A DNA stretch of 48,938 bases from IMG/VR virus record IMGVR_UViG_3300038829_000024, positions 1-48,938 of that record, one strand, 5' to 3'. Positions 17,333 through 26,466 of the stretch are shown piece by piece. Made by a program: the position numbers and the translations under genes. The notes beneath the pieces were generated by a model. That model was given only the letters and a program-made list of their open reading frames with translations. It did no database searches and was not told where the DNA came from. The DNA is from a virus. Positions within the stretch are counted from its first letter, which is position 1. Each line of letters starts with the position of its first letter.

Positions 17333-17560
17333 ATGGACCATATGACCCTTGCATACGCTGAGTTCTTAGCTGAATGGGTGGGTGGCATCCTCTACTATCT
17401 CCTTGAGAGGGGTGGGTGGGACCTCTCTGTCTCCCTATTCCTGACGCATTTGGGATCTGCTATGGTTGGTATGTCCTTCGCCTTAGAAATAGTGCGCAGG
17501 CATACGTTAGTCGTGGTTAACAAACAGAAGGAAGAAGAATATGACTGGTCCGAAGGATAA
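17333..17560 (+). CDS. Small membrane protein (75 aa)
   Basis: ATG preceded by tagaggatgg. Hydrophobic segments WVGGILYYLL and FLTHLGSAMVGMSFAL. Confidence 0.55.
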   Translation: MDHMTLAYAEFLAEWVGGILYYLLERGGWDLSVSLFLTHLGSAMVGMSFALEIVRRHTLVVVNKQKEEEYDWSEG

Positions 17561-17837
17561 ACTTAACTTCACCACCCTTCGTGATCTGAAGTGGCTAGTG
17601 AAGAAGGCACAGGAGAAAGGCAATGGGGATAGCATGAGCTATGCTTTCCTTAAGGCTGGTCTTTCTAAGATGATGGACGTGAACAGCAAGATCAAGTCTC
17701 TTGAGTCCTCAGTTGTGACTGTTCATGCCAACGAGTCCTTACGAGTGAAGAGCGTAAGCCTCAAGAGCGTAAGTCTCATCGAATACATCGACTTCACCAT
17801 CAAGTACAACGCTTCACGTGAGGTGAGCTGTGGATAA
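17541..17837 (+). CDS. Hypothetical protein (98 aa); contains a copy of the 33-nt hairpin repeat
   Basis: Track ORF, ATG preceded by aggaagaagaat. Confidence 0.5.
   Translation: MTGPKDKLNFTTLRDLKWLVKKAQEKGNGDSMSYAFLKAGLSKMMDVNSKIKSLESSVVTVHANESLRVKSVSLKSVSLIEYIDFTIKYNASREVSCG
17730..17777 (+). repeat. 33-nt hairpin repeat, copy 1, plus a 15-nt partial copy
   Basis: aacgagtccttacgagtgaagagcgtaagcctc followed by aagagcgtaagtctc. Core is CTTACG-N9-CGTAAG. Confidence 0.8.
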
Positions 17838-17879
17838 AGCAAAACTTGTTGATTGCATCGACCATCCGGAGGACTATAC

Positions 17880-18251
17880 ATGACAATCTTGGACATACTT
17901 ATACCGTTAGCGGTAGCTTCACCCCTGTTTGTATGCCTTTTCATAGAGCTTAAATGTAGTAGGTGTCTTCACCCCCACAAGAAGAACGAGAAGCGCAAGT
18001 GCTGGATACCTGGCCCTCTCTACCTCCCTCCTTGGGAGAATACAATGTACGATCCTGACAAGAACGACTACAGGGTAGTACAGATGGCAGGCATCATCGA
18101 CGACGCTTTAGGTTGGTATGTGAAGTGCGATGGGGAAGACTACGCGATGGGGTATGTGAAGGCGGCTGAGTTGTGGTGGCATCTCGAAAAGCAAGAGCCG
18201 GGCAGGTACTGTTTGAGGCACCTAACACCGACCGCCTACTCCTACAACTGA
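17880..18251 (+). CDS. Hypothetical protein with N-terminal TM segment (123 aa from the ATG at 17880)
   Basis: GGAGG at 17868-17872 lies 7 nt before the ATG at 17880. The track start at 17853 is non-ATG. Confidence 0.55.
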   Translation: MTILDILIPLAVASPLFVCLFIELKCSRCLHPHKKNEKRKCWIPGPLYLPPWENTMYDPDKNDYRVVQMAGIIDDALGWYVKCDGEDYAMGYVKAAELWWHLEKQEPGRYCLRHLTPTAYSYN

Positions 18252-18282
18252 AGTTTACTAAGCACTAACCAAAGGAGACTAC

Positions 18283-18645
18283 ATGTCTAGCATTCGCACT
18301 AAGATTGCCGAGACCATCAGCTCTATTGCTCCTGATGTGGAAGAGAAGATCATCGAAGCGTTCGTCAACCGTGAGGTGAACAAGCGTAGCGATGCCGTCG
18401 TCAATGCACTTGACCTTCTCTCTCGTGCCGAGAATGATCTTCGCAAGATCAAGCCTGACCTCATCGCCCTAGACGGGGATGGCAAGGAGTTGTCGGCAAC
18501 CTTCAGCAAGGCTAAGTATGAGGAGCTGAAGAAGAGCAAGGAAGCCATCGTCAAGATCAACAAGGCAATCGGCAATGCCCTCGACAACAGCGATTATTCC
18601 CTCGTCTATGACCTCATCTCTTCCAAGGATAAGGGCCAAGGCTGA
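18283..18645 (+). CDS. Hypothetical helical protein (120 aa)
   Basis: ATG preceded by aaaggagactac. Confidence 0.7.
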   Translation: MSSIRTKIAETISSIAPDVEEKIIEAFVNREVNKRSDAVVNALDLLSRAENDLRKIKPDLIALDGDGKELSATFSKAKYEELKKSKEAIVKINKAIGNALDNSDYSLVYDLISSKDKGQG

Positions 18646-18853
18646 GGAAAGAATTCGTGCAGGAGTTATTGATCGCATCCTATCTAAGTCTGTTAATCTT
18701 CATGCAAAGCATGGCTGGAAGATGGGATGTGACTGTAACTTCTGCACGAGTAAGCGTCAGTGGACAAATAGGATAAACCTATGTAGCTGGCGTGAACGAC
18801 AGGAGCTGAAGGCAAGGGCTAGGTCCCAGCTTAGGCAACTGAAAGACGACTAA
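18575..18853 (+). CDS. Hypothetical protein; start uncertain
   Basis: The track ORF overlaps the previous gene by 71 nt. There are later in-frame ATGs at 18608 (SSMTSS) and in KMGCDCNFC. Confidence 0.35.
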   Translation: MPSTTAIIPSSMTSSLPRIRAKAEERIRAGVIDRILSKSVNLHAKHGWKMGCDCNFCTSKRQWTNRINLCSWRERQELKARARSQLRQLKDD

Positions 18854-18901
18854 CCATAAACAAAGGGCAGACACGACTTGCCCACAAAACGGAGAACTAC
18901 C

Positions 18902-19300
18902 ATGTCTACTACAGCAACTAACGTACTCCTCATGGACCACGTACACCATGTCAAGGAGCAGATCAAGTTCACCATCCTCAATACCCTGTACACAGCAGGT
19001 CTCATGGATGAAGGGTACAATCCCAGCCATGACGCCTATGAGTACATGGTACCGGGCTTCACCTACAAGAAGCTGACCTTCGATCAGCCGATACCCTACA
19101 AGGCCGCCAAGATCCCGTCCCCTACTCTGTACCGTGTACGGGTGGATGGGTTCGACAACAAGTGCTACGTCGCTCACGGTGTCAGTGAGTTGGCGTGGAT
19201 CATCGGCCGTGCCATTCGCCGGGCCAGCGTGTATCTCGAAATCGAGAACGCGAAGACCGGCAAGCGCACCAATAGGTTCTTGAACCAGACACGTTCTTAA
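18902..19300 (+). CDS. Hypothetical protein (132 aa)
   Basis: GGAG at 18891-18894 followed by the ATG at 18902. The track start at 18878 is non-ATG. Confidence 0.65.
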   Translation: MSTTATNVLLMDHVHHVKEQIKFTILNTLYTAGLMDEGYNPSHDAYEYMVPGFTYKKLTFDQPIPYKAAKIPSPTLYRVRVDGFDNKCYVAHGVSELAWIIGRAIRRASVYLEIENAKTGKRTNRFLNQTRS

Positions 19301-19310
19301 GTCTCAATTA

Positions 19311-19441
19311 CCCAACCACTGATGTGATAGGAACAAAAGGCTTGTTTTCGCTGCTATCTCGTTATGCCTTGTTGAGGCGATACCTCGTAGTAGAGAACTC
19401 AGAGATGAGCTCCAGTCCTTCAGTGGTTGGGTTTTTCTTTT
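19311..19441 (+). terminator. Terminator-like element: 12-bp closing helix around a 97-nt insert, followed by a T-tract (possible small RNA)
   Basis: cccaaccactga (19311-19322) is perfectly complementary to tcagtggttggg (19420-19431), followed by tttttctttt. It starts 11 nt after the stop of 18902..19300. Confidence 0.5.
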
Positions 19442-20034
19442 ACTACGCAGTATTACCTCTTGTTGTATGAGAGACACTAATACTGTGAGTAAGTAAACTA
19501 CGCTAAACTAGAGCAGGTTCGAGACCTCTAGCCTAGAAACGGTAGGGCTGCTAGAAAGCGTGGATACGTGGGGTTAAATTCCTCCGCCTAAAGGGGTAGT
19601 GTCCCTTGAGTGGGCTCGTTCCGTAGGTAGTAAGACATGCTGGAAATGAGTAGCTGTTCCTAAACAGTCAGCACTTCTCTGTATCCTAGTGACCTATAGA
19701 GGTCGGGGTATAGACCCAGCGACACGGCGTAGGTCCACTCTTTAGTGGGTAGCCTATAGCTAAACGTACAGCAGTAGAGGTACTGCAACTCTAGTAGCAT
19801 AGCGCTCGGCTGGTTCCAACGAACGAAGTGAAGTGACTAACGTCAGCTCCTCCAAAGAGCGTGTTCGTTAGAACACTCGCTACGCTCGTTACAACCCAGT
19901 GGCGGAAGGGTGTGAAAGAGTTACCTTCATTACATTCGTTAGAAGGTCCTAGTTAAGATGATGAGAGAGTGTCCTCTCTGACTCAGCTGACGCATGTCTT
20001 ACTAACTACACCTTAAAACAACTGGAGTACAACT
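19442..20034 (+). ncRNA. ORF-free region, candidate structured RNA or inverted-repeat-bounded element (unclassified)
   Basis: About 590 nt with no track ORF on either strand. A 13-bp perfect long-range complement joins 19628-19640 (tagtaagacatgc) to 19992-20004 (gcatgtcttacta). Local hairpins are numerous. Confidence 0.3.
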
Positions 20035-20322
20035 ATGAAGATTAAGTCGGAAGAGTTGAAGCCCGGTATGGTTGTTGTTCTGCCTAAGGGTAAGAGGGCC
20101 AAGGTCTTGACTGTCGAGGTCAAGGACGTACCCATTCCTCGCAGTGTCAAGACAACTGTCATATCGTATAAGCTAGATGATGAGGAAGACGAAGGTGCTA
20201 TCTTCGATAGACACTTGGCAGGTTCTGCTAGGGTCGAAGTTGAACCGCCGTCTCTCTGGCAGGTCTTCACTAAGTGGGCAACCGCTAAGAACCATGAACA
20301 CATTGAACATACTGGTACGTAG
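20035..20322 (+). CDS. Hypothetical protein (95 aa)
   Basis: GGAG at 20023-20026 followed by the ATG at 20035. A strong terminator follows the ORF. Confidence 0.65.
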   Translation: MKIKSEELKPGMVVVLPKGKRAKVLTVEVKDVPIPRSVKTTVISYKLDDEEDEGAIFDRHLAGSARVEVEPPSLWQVFTKWATAKNHEHIEHTGT

Positions 20323-20348
20323 TTCTCCTCCGTCTACGTATCACAACT

Positions 20349-20380
20349 GGGGTGGTGGGTAATTCTACCACCCCTTTTTT
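20349..20380 (+). terminator. Rho-independent terminator
   Basis: ggggtggt-N10-accacccc followed by tttttt. Confidence 0.8.
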
Positions 20381-20391
20381 ATGGAACCACC

Positions 20392-20463
20392 AATGCTAAC
20401 GAAGCGAAGCGTAGTGTTCATTAGATCTCTGTATAGCATATCAACTAAGGAGTTGATCTAATG
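20392..20463 (+). promoter_or_regulatory. 72-nt conserved leader element, copy 4 (the only plus-strand copy; contains SD and the ATG of 20461)
   Basis: aatgctaacgaagcgaagcgtagtgttcattagatctctgtatagcatatcaactaaggagttgatctaatg. The 3' 45 nt are identical to the copy before portal. Confidence 0.8.
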
Positions 20464-21321
20464 AGTAAGTCACCTAAAGAATTATTCTTATCTTGCATAC
20501 CAGATTACTTCGGCTCTAAGGAAGGGGCCTGCTCTGTTCTTTTCATCAATCAAGACGACACGCAAATATGGCTGCCTAATAATGGGTGCCATGCAGTCGT
20601 TCTTAGAAAGGCCAGAGCAACCAAGTCCTTCTACTCTAGCCTGTGGTGCAGGTACGAGGAGCTGTTTGATGCAGCTCAGGACTATTGGAACTTCCTTCTC
20701 TCCCCCGCTATAAGCCCCTATCGTGCTGTTCTATCCAGTGTTGAGATCGTTCGTGATGATAAAGGTAGGCCTCTTGCCTTTGGACTGCACGATAACTCAG
20801 CCTCTTGGACACAGTGTGTATCTCTTGCCATACAATGCCGTGTGCCCCAAGAAAGCAGCAACAAGCTGCGGTCTTACTGGTGGTGGCGTAAGAATGGGTT
20901 TACCCCTGCTGCTTCTATATACATAAGTGAACTGCTGTACCTGCACATCGACGGATCTCTATCTGTTATAACAGAGTCATATGTACATAGCATTGATCCT
21001 CAACAGGGATTTAACCTTGCTGCCTTTACGGATGGAACGCCTAAGAAGCCAGACTACAATAATGGTGTTATGAAGAACGCTGATTCATATAGTTCCCCAA
21101 CTGGACAGTGGTTCGATGACTTAACTAAGCCGACTATACCACAGCTTGTGGCTGGTAAACCTAAGTATTGTGGTCTCTTTAAGAAAGTGTTTCTCTCTAC
21201 TGAGAACAAGACAGGGGTGTTTGAGGCCGGTGGTTGTGTCTCTAAGGAAGAGGCAGTCACCCTTCTCAAAGAAAAGATTAATCAGTGGGCTAAGAATGTA
21301 AAGGTATTAGAGGGATCATGA
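20461..21321 (+). CDS. Hypothetical protein, first gene of the amidoligase cassette (286 aa)
   Basis: ATG within the leader element. Its stop overlaps the next start (ATGA). Confidence 0.7.
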   Translation: MSKSPKELFLSCIPDYFGSKEGACSVLFINQDDTQIWLPNNGCHAVVLRKARATKSFYSSLWCRYEELFDAAQDYWNFLLSPAISPYRAVLSSVEIVRDDKGRPLAFGLHDNSASWTQCVSLAIQCRVPQESSNKLRSYWWWRKNGFTPAASIYISELLYLHIDGSLSVITESYVHSIDPQQGFNLAAFTDGTPKKPDYNNGVMKNADSYSSPTGQWFDDLTKPTIPQLVAGKPKYCGLFKKVFLSTENKTGVFEAGGCVSKEEAVTLLKEKINQWAKNVKVLEGS

Positions 21322-21941
21322 AAGCATTCATCTCTAACAATGATCACAATGTAAAGGCTGTGTTCAAGAAGTATGGATATGACGTGGTTAGTACCACAGA
21401 GGAAGCAGAGCTACTAGTCTTCACTGGTGGGTCTGACATTACGCCCTCACTCTACGGTGAGAGGTTAATCACAGGCACATATCCATGTTTCTCTCGTGAC
21501 CTACAAGAGATAAGACAGTGGAAGTCTAAGCCACCTTATCAACCTCGTGTTGGTATCTGTAGAGGTGCACAGCTAGGCAATGTGCTGTGCGGCGGTACGC
21601 TATGGCAGGATGTGGATAAACACGACAAGGGGTTTCATCCTATTAAGTGGAGAGATCCTGAAGGTAGAGTACATACTGGAAAGGTTAACTCTATCCACCA
21701 TCAGATGTGTAGGTTGACAGAAGAGTCTGTCCTTCTAGCCACAGCATCCCTGTCTACTAAGAAGACTAGTGAATACGAGTATCGTACATTCACAGACAAC
21801 TCTCCTAACAGGGAGGATGATGTTGAAGCATTCTACTATCCAAACTTCAACTTCTTCGGAGCACAGTGGCATCCTGAATATGGTGGTGAAGACTCCACTG
21901 AACTGTTCTTTAAGTTAATGGAACGCTATCATCACAATTAA
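21318..21941 (+). CDS. Class-I glutamine amidotransferase-like / peptidase C26 gamma-glutamyl hydrolase (PuuD-like)
   Basis: Motifs TGGSDITPSLYGE, RDLQE, GICRGAQLGNVLCGGTLWQDV, NSIHHQ and GAQWHPE. Confidence 0.8.
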   Translation: MKAFISNNDHNVKAVFKKYGYDVVSTTEEAELLVFTGGSDITPSLYGERLITGTYPCFSRDLQEIRQWKSKPPYQPRVGICRGAQLGNVLCGGTLWQDVDKHDKGFHPIKWRDPEGRVHTGKVNSIHHQMCRLTEESVLLATASLSTKKTSEYEYRTFTDNSPNREDDVEAFYYPNFNFFGAQWHPEYGGEDSTELFFKLMERYHHN

Positions 21942-21981
21942 GGGCTGCTTACGAGGCGGCAACAACATAGGAGTACGTGCC

Positions 21982-22995
21982 ATCTGTGGTCTTTGGGGAG
22001 GCTTGTCCTATTCTCTCTCTGATAAGGACGTGTTTATCATTAAGTCCCTAGCAACAGTATCTCAGTTGAGGGGTACTGATAGTACGGGTCTATTTGCAGC
22101 AATCCACGATAATAAGCGAGCGCTGTCTACTCACTATAAAGCTGCTGAGTCAGCGACGGAGTTCCTCAGGAATCCTAACACAATGAATATCCTGAGTCAT
22201 CAGGATGTGTTTATGATTGCCGGTCATAACAGGTCAGCAACCATAGGTGAAATCAGTTGTGATAACGCCCACCCATTCAAGGAGGGGCATATCATGGGTG
22301 AACATAACGGTCACATACCTGAAATGCAAGGGACTATTAATGGAATAGTAGTTCCAGATAGCCGTGTCTTATTCAAGAAGCTGAGTGAGGTTGGGCCTGA
22401 TGCTGCTCTAAGACAGGCAGACTCGGGTGCTTATGCAGTGGTGTATCTGAATGCAAAAGATGGTACACTTAACTTCTCTCGTAATGATAAGCGTACTCTA
22501 TACTTCATGGAAACGCAAGATGCTCTGTTCTGGGCAAGTGAGTGGCAGTTCCTTGATCTCGTAAAGAACAGGGATGGTAGTTCAATTACCAAGTATAAAC
22601 CCATACAGACACTAAAGCCCTACTCTCTGCTCTCTTACAATCTTTTATCTTTGTCCAAGACTGAGAGAGATCTTGAGAAGAAGGTTGTTCCTCCCTCCAG
22701 TGTGCCGTTCATACCAAGGGCAACCCCTAAAGAAGAAAGTAAAGTAGCTACAATCAAACGCAAGCCCGGGTACTATGGGTATAAGGGCAAGAACATGAAC
22801 ATCAAGAAGGCTAAGCAGCTCATAAGTAAGGGGTGTGCCTTCAACAGAGATCATCACTTGACGATTGATGACTCAGTACACTGGATCAATAATAAAGACT
22901 GCTTGTGTGAAGAGTGTGCTACCAACAAGGCTGTGCTTTCCTTTATGGGGGTCTCCCGTTCTTGGGAGGGTGTGTATGAAAAGGGGAATAAATGA
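21982..22995 (+). CDS. Class-II (Ntn) glutamine amidotransferase-like protein; proposed non-canonical ATC start so that Cys is residue 2
   Basis: The open frame begins at 21919. It encodes ..ICGLWGG.., RGTDSTGLF, AGHNRSATIG, DNAHPF and EHNGHIPE. AGGAG at 21969-21973 lies 8 nt before ATC-TGT (21982). The track start (TTG 22003) would remove the nucleophile Cys. Confidence 0.65.
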   Translation: MCGLWGGLSYSLSDKDVFIIKSLATVSQLRGTDSTGLFAAIHDNKRALSTHYKAAESATEFLRNPNTMNILSHQDVFMIAGHNRSATIGEISCDNAHPFKEGHIMGEHNGHIPEMQGTINGIVVPDSRVLFKKLSEVGPDAALRQADSGAYAVVYLNAKDGTLNFSRNDKRTLYFMETQDALFWASEWQFLDLVKNRDGSSITKYKPIQTLKPYSLLSYNLLSLSKTERDLEKKVVPPSSVPFIPRATPKEESKVATIKRKPGYYGYKGKNMNIKKAKQLISKGCAFNRDHHLTIDDSVHWINNKDCLCEECATNKAVLSFMGVSRSWEGVYEKGNK

Positions 22996-24014
22996 CTGAG
23001 TTCTTGCTTGGAGCTGACCCTGAGTTCAGCCTGATTGATACTGAAGTAATGCGTACTACTAGTGCCCATGATCTAGTGCCTGGAACCAAGGCTAACCCCC
23101 AGAAAATCACTGGTGGTTGGGTTCAGGCAGATGGAACTATGGTGGAGTACAACATACCCCCGGCTAAGTCTGCTAAAGAGTTTGTTGATAACAATGCCGA
23201 GGTCCTGAAGTCTCTTCGTGAGATGATCCCTGAGAAGTATGTCTTCTCATTCAGACCGACTGTTCACTATGACCCTTATTACTTCTCACACGTACCGCAC
23301 GTAGCCAAGGAGTTGGGCTGCTCTGCCGATTACAATGCGTGGAAGGGTGGTGGTATTAACCCGAGACCGCAGCCACCTCTTGATAGGTTGGACATGCGCA
23401 CTTGCTCAGGCCACCTGCATTTGGGGTTTACAAAAGACCAGGACCCTGATAACATGAGCCACAGGTGGGACTGTTGTCAGCTAGTCAAGCTTCTTGAGGT
23501 TGCTATCTGTCCGTACATGCCTTTATGGGACTCAGACACACAACGGCAGGTACTATATGGCAGGCCCGGTGCATTCCGTCCGAAGTCTTATGGTGTTGAG
23601 TGGCGGGTACCTAGTAATGCCTGGCTTAACTACCCTGAAATTCAAGGGTGGTTGTTTGATGCGTGCAAGTCTGTCTTCTTAACCATGAAGGCCGGTCATT
23701 ATCCTCTAGTTAAACTCCAGTCAACTGTAGATTACAGTTCTAGAAACGTTGAGTGGGGTCTTAATAGAACTCGTAAGGATGTATTAAAAGACTTCCCTGA
23801 TTTTAATGGTGGTTGGAGGGAGTCAATTGAGAAGAAGAACCAAGAACTGAGGGATAAGCATGGTGTTCCTAAGCCTATTCACCGAGGTGTCCGAGTGGCT
23901 TCTTCTAGTTACACTGTAAACTACGATCTTGATCTTGATATCAAAGGAGAAGATCGAAAGTATGCTTCTCCTTACACTATCAAACCCTTGACTATCGATG
24001 ATGTAATCAATTGA
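22992..24014 (+). CDS. COOH-NH2 ligase, phage phiEco32-like type 2 (glutamine-synthetase/GCS-fold amidoligase)
   Basis: N-terminus MTEFLLGADPEFSLID..., then GTMVEYNIPP and HLHLGF. ATGA overlap with the previous gene. Confidence 0.6.
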   Translation: MTEFLLGADPEFSLIDTEVMRTTSAHDLVPGTKANPQKITGGWVQADGTMVEYNIPPAKSAKEFVDNNAEVLKSLREMIPEKYVFSFRPTVHYDPYYFSHVPHVAKELGCSADYNAWKGGGINPRPQPPLDRLDMRTCSGHLHLGFTKDQDPDNMSHRWDCCQLVKLLEVAICPYMPLWDSDTQRQVLYGRPGAFRPKSYGVEWRVPSNAWLNYPEIQGWLFDACKSVFLTMKAGHYPLVKLQSTVDYSSRNVEWGLNRTRKDVLKDFPDFNGGWRESIEKKNQELRDKHGVPKPIHRGVRVASSSYTVNYDLDLDIKGEDRKYASPYTIKPLTIDDVIN

Positions 24015-24021
24015 GGTTAAT

Positions 24022-24720
24022 ATGGCTGCGCTTATCACTGACTCTAACCAGAGAATGAAGTTGCTTCATAATACAATTGTGAAGTACCGTGGTATATGGT
24101 GCTACTCTAACCAGACCTTAGATGAACCGGTAAGTCTTGCAGTTAAGGGTAGCCTAACCGCAATTCAGACTCTCAATAAAGATAAAATGTACCTTATTAT
24201 GGGTGCAAATAAAGATAGTAAGGGTGCATCGCTTAAGATTAATTACTATGGGTTCCACGCAGTTGACTACACAACTGACGACTTCATCATTCCAGACAAA
24301 TTGACTGTCGGTTACATGAATGACAACACCGATACTAAATATCTTTATATGAATTCTTCTAACGAAGCACCTAATGCTTCTGGCAGGCTATATTGTATAC
24401 TACCTAATTCAGGTCAGAGTCGCAGAGCGGATATTTATAATCGTGTAGCACTAGAGAACACACTTGAAGGCAACTATCCAACCCTGCAGAAGGCGCTGGA
24501 GCGGATAAGCAGGGGTGAAAGCACCTCTATAGCCTTCGACAGAGAGTTCGCCTTGTCAGGCCACATGACTGGCTTGGTCTATAGTGTTGACTATCGTGTA
24601 ACCCCCATCTTGTACAAGTATAAAGATAGTACAAAGTATAGGGTGATAAATAAGAAGTCGGTTGGTCTCTTGAAAGCAGCGCTAAACAAAGCAGGATTTC
24701 CTTATGAAAACATTGAGTAG
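24022..24720 (+). CDS. Hypothetical protein within the amidoligase cassette (232 aa)
   Basis: Track ORF, tightly packed in the operon. Confidence 0.65.
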   Translation: MAALITDSNQRMKLLHNTIVKYRGIWCYSNQTLDEPVSLAVKGSLTAIQTLNKDKMYLIMGANKDSKGASLKINYYGFHAVDYTTDDFIIPDKLTVGYMNDNTDTKYLYMNSSNEAPNASGRLYCILPNSGQSRRADIYNRVALENTLEGNYPTLQKALERISRGESTSIAFDREFALSGHMTGLVYSVDYRVTPILYKYKDSTKYRVINKKSVGLLKAALNKAGFPYENIE

Positions 24721-25693
24721 TTTTTATCCGGGCCCGGTTCCTAGTGGAGATGTTGCGCTAGAGGTCGAGGTTGAGTTCAAGTACAACCCAGCAACTCACA
24801 AGGTCTTTAACTCTATAGACCCTAACGTAAACACGGCTGTGCCAGACAAGCAGCCGGGTGGTGTCTGGTTGAGCAAGAGGGATGGGTCTTTGATGTGCGG
24901 TGTCGAGTACGTAATGCGCAATCCGGTCAAGTGCAACAAAGCAAAGAGAGAGAAGATCAAAGTTCTCACTGACTTTCTCTTTAATACACCTAATAAGAGG
25001 TGGACAGTTGATACACAGAGCACGAATGCTGGTATACACTGCCACGTGAACGCTGGTAACTTGACTCCCCTACAAATCTGGACGGCAACTGTACTCTATT
25101 GGTTGGTTGAAGACCCTATCATGAAATTCTGTGGTTCTTCTAGAATGTCTAATCAGTATTGTCACCGTAACAGAGAGGCACAAAATACCTGCTTCGATGC
25201 TCTTTATGATATCAAGAATAATGCAGTCCCATTCAAGAACTTCAACTACGAGACACAAAATCATAAGAGGTATTCCTCTTTGAACTTGGTAGCAGCCACC
25301 AAATACAGGTCTCTTGAGTTCAGAGGTATGGGGGCTAAGTACGATCTAGATGTCTTGGATGGGTGGTCTTCTGCTTTGCATGAACTGGTCCATAACTATG
25401 CTGCTCGATTTAAAGACCCTGCTGATGTTATGGATAGGTACATTGACTGTTCTAAGGACGACTTCCTTGATTATGCCTTACCCCCATTTCTGGTTAATGC
25501 AATCAGACAGACCCAAGGCTATGCTGCTGACATCAATACTGATGTGGTTCCCATTGGTCTTGTCGCTTATGCCAATGATGATTGGAGTGAGTGGGCTGCT
25601 AAGAAAGACGCCTATAACACTGACAATCCTCCTATTCCTATGCAATCTAATGCACACCCTATCGAAGAAGACTATGATACTCTTGAAGACTGA
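24704..25693 (+). CDS. Putative amidoligase (Amidoligase_2-like)
   Basis: Motifs VALEVEVEF, KRDGSLMCGVEYVMRNP, NAGIHCHVN and YRSLEFRGMG. Confidence 0.55.
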   Translation: MKTLSSFYPGPVPSGDVALEVEVEFKYNPATHKVFNSIDPNVNTAVPDKQPGGVWLSKRDGSLMCGVEYVMRNPVKCNKAKREKIKVLTDFLFNTPNKRWTVDTQSTNAGIHCHVNAGNLTPLQIWTATVLYWLVEDPIMKFCGSSRMSNQYCHRNREAQNTCFDALYDIKNNAVPFKNFNYETQNHKRYSSLNLVAATKYRSLEFRGMGAKYDLDVLDGWSSALHELVHNYAARFKDPADVMDRYIDCSKDDFLDYALPPFLVNAIRQTQGYAADINTDVVPIGLVAYANDDWSEWAAKKDAYNTDNPPIPMQSNAHPIEEDYDTLED

Positions 25694-25704
25694 AAGGAAG
25701 GACC

Positions 25705-26466
25705 ATGCGTAATGTTTATATTTACTCTTACAAACCTAGCTCAGAGGGGGCTAATGCCCTAGCTGACAATCTTGGTGTTCCCTTAATAGATAAGGATGTA
25801 AATCTTACTCGTTATGACAATAAGACTATTATCTTCAACTGGGGAATGGGAAGCTCAAATGATATCTTAAGTAAGTGTAGGGTCTTTAACAGGTACTCTA
25901 ACGTAGCGGCATGTGTCAACAAGATAGAAACCTTCAGGGCTCTATCATTGGCTGGCGTTTCTCACGTCCCCTTTACTACGGACTATGCTATCGCCCGGGA
26001 CTGGCAGCACTTTGGCTACCCTGTCTGTGTTCGTGCTTTAGCAGAAGGCGCTGATGGTGCCGGGCTGACCATTGTCAGGAGTAACCTGGAACCCATCCCT
26101 CATGCCCCTCTCTACACTAAGTTCATCAAGGCCAAGGCAGAGTACCGTGTCAACGTCTGCAACGATACGACCATGGCTGTCCAGCTGAAGGTTCCTCTTC
26201 GTAGTGATCAAAGCACAGAGATCCGTACTACTGCTGGTGGCTGGGGCTTTAGGTTGCTTGATGAGAACGAGATACCTATTGGCCTGCGCCCTGTTGCTCG
26301 TGCTGCCACTAAGGCCTTGGGCCTGGACTACGCAGGAGTTGATATGATCCATGGAGAGGATGGTAAGTTCTATGTCTTGGAGCTCAATTCTGCTCCTCAC
26401 CTTACGCCAGCTGTGGCAACCAGGTTCGCTAAAGAGTTCAAGAAAATGGTGGAGACCTATGAGTGA
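25705..26466 (+). CDS. ATP-grasp ligase (RimK-like)
   Basis: 253 aa. Motifs EYRVNV and DYAGVDMIHGEDGKFYVLELNSAPHL, the typical C-terminal ATP-grasp motif. Confidence 0.7.
   Translation: MRNVYIYSYKPSSEGANALADNLGVPLIDKDVNLTRYDNKTIIFNWGMGSSNDILSKCRVFNRYSNVAACVNKIETFRALSLAGVSHVPFTTDYAIARDWQHFGYPVCVRALAEGADGAGLTIVRSNLEPIPHAPLYTKFIKAKAEYRVNVCNDTTMAVQLKVPLRSDQSTEIRTTAGGWGFRLLDENEIPIGLRPVARAATKALGLDYAGVDMIHGEDGKFYVLELNSAPHLTPAVATRFAKEFKKMVETYE

Noticed and set aside
19505-19535. Possible tRNA T-arm (caggttcgagacct)
   Set aside because: The loop is 5 nt rather than 7. No acceptor, D or anticodon arms can be built around it. I found no other tRNA-like sequence in the window.
26351-26458. Track start at 26351 for the Cys-rich ORF
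   Set aside because: It would overlap the ATP-grasp gene by 116 nt with an implausible peptide. The internal ATG at 26459, with an upstream GGTGGAG and an 8-nt overlap, fits the operon pattern.
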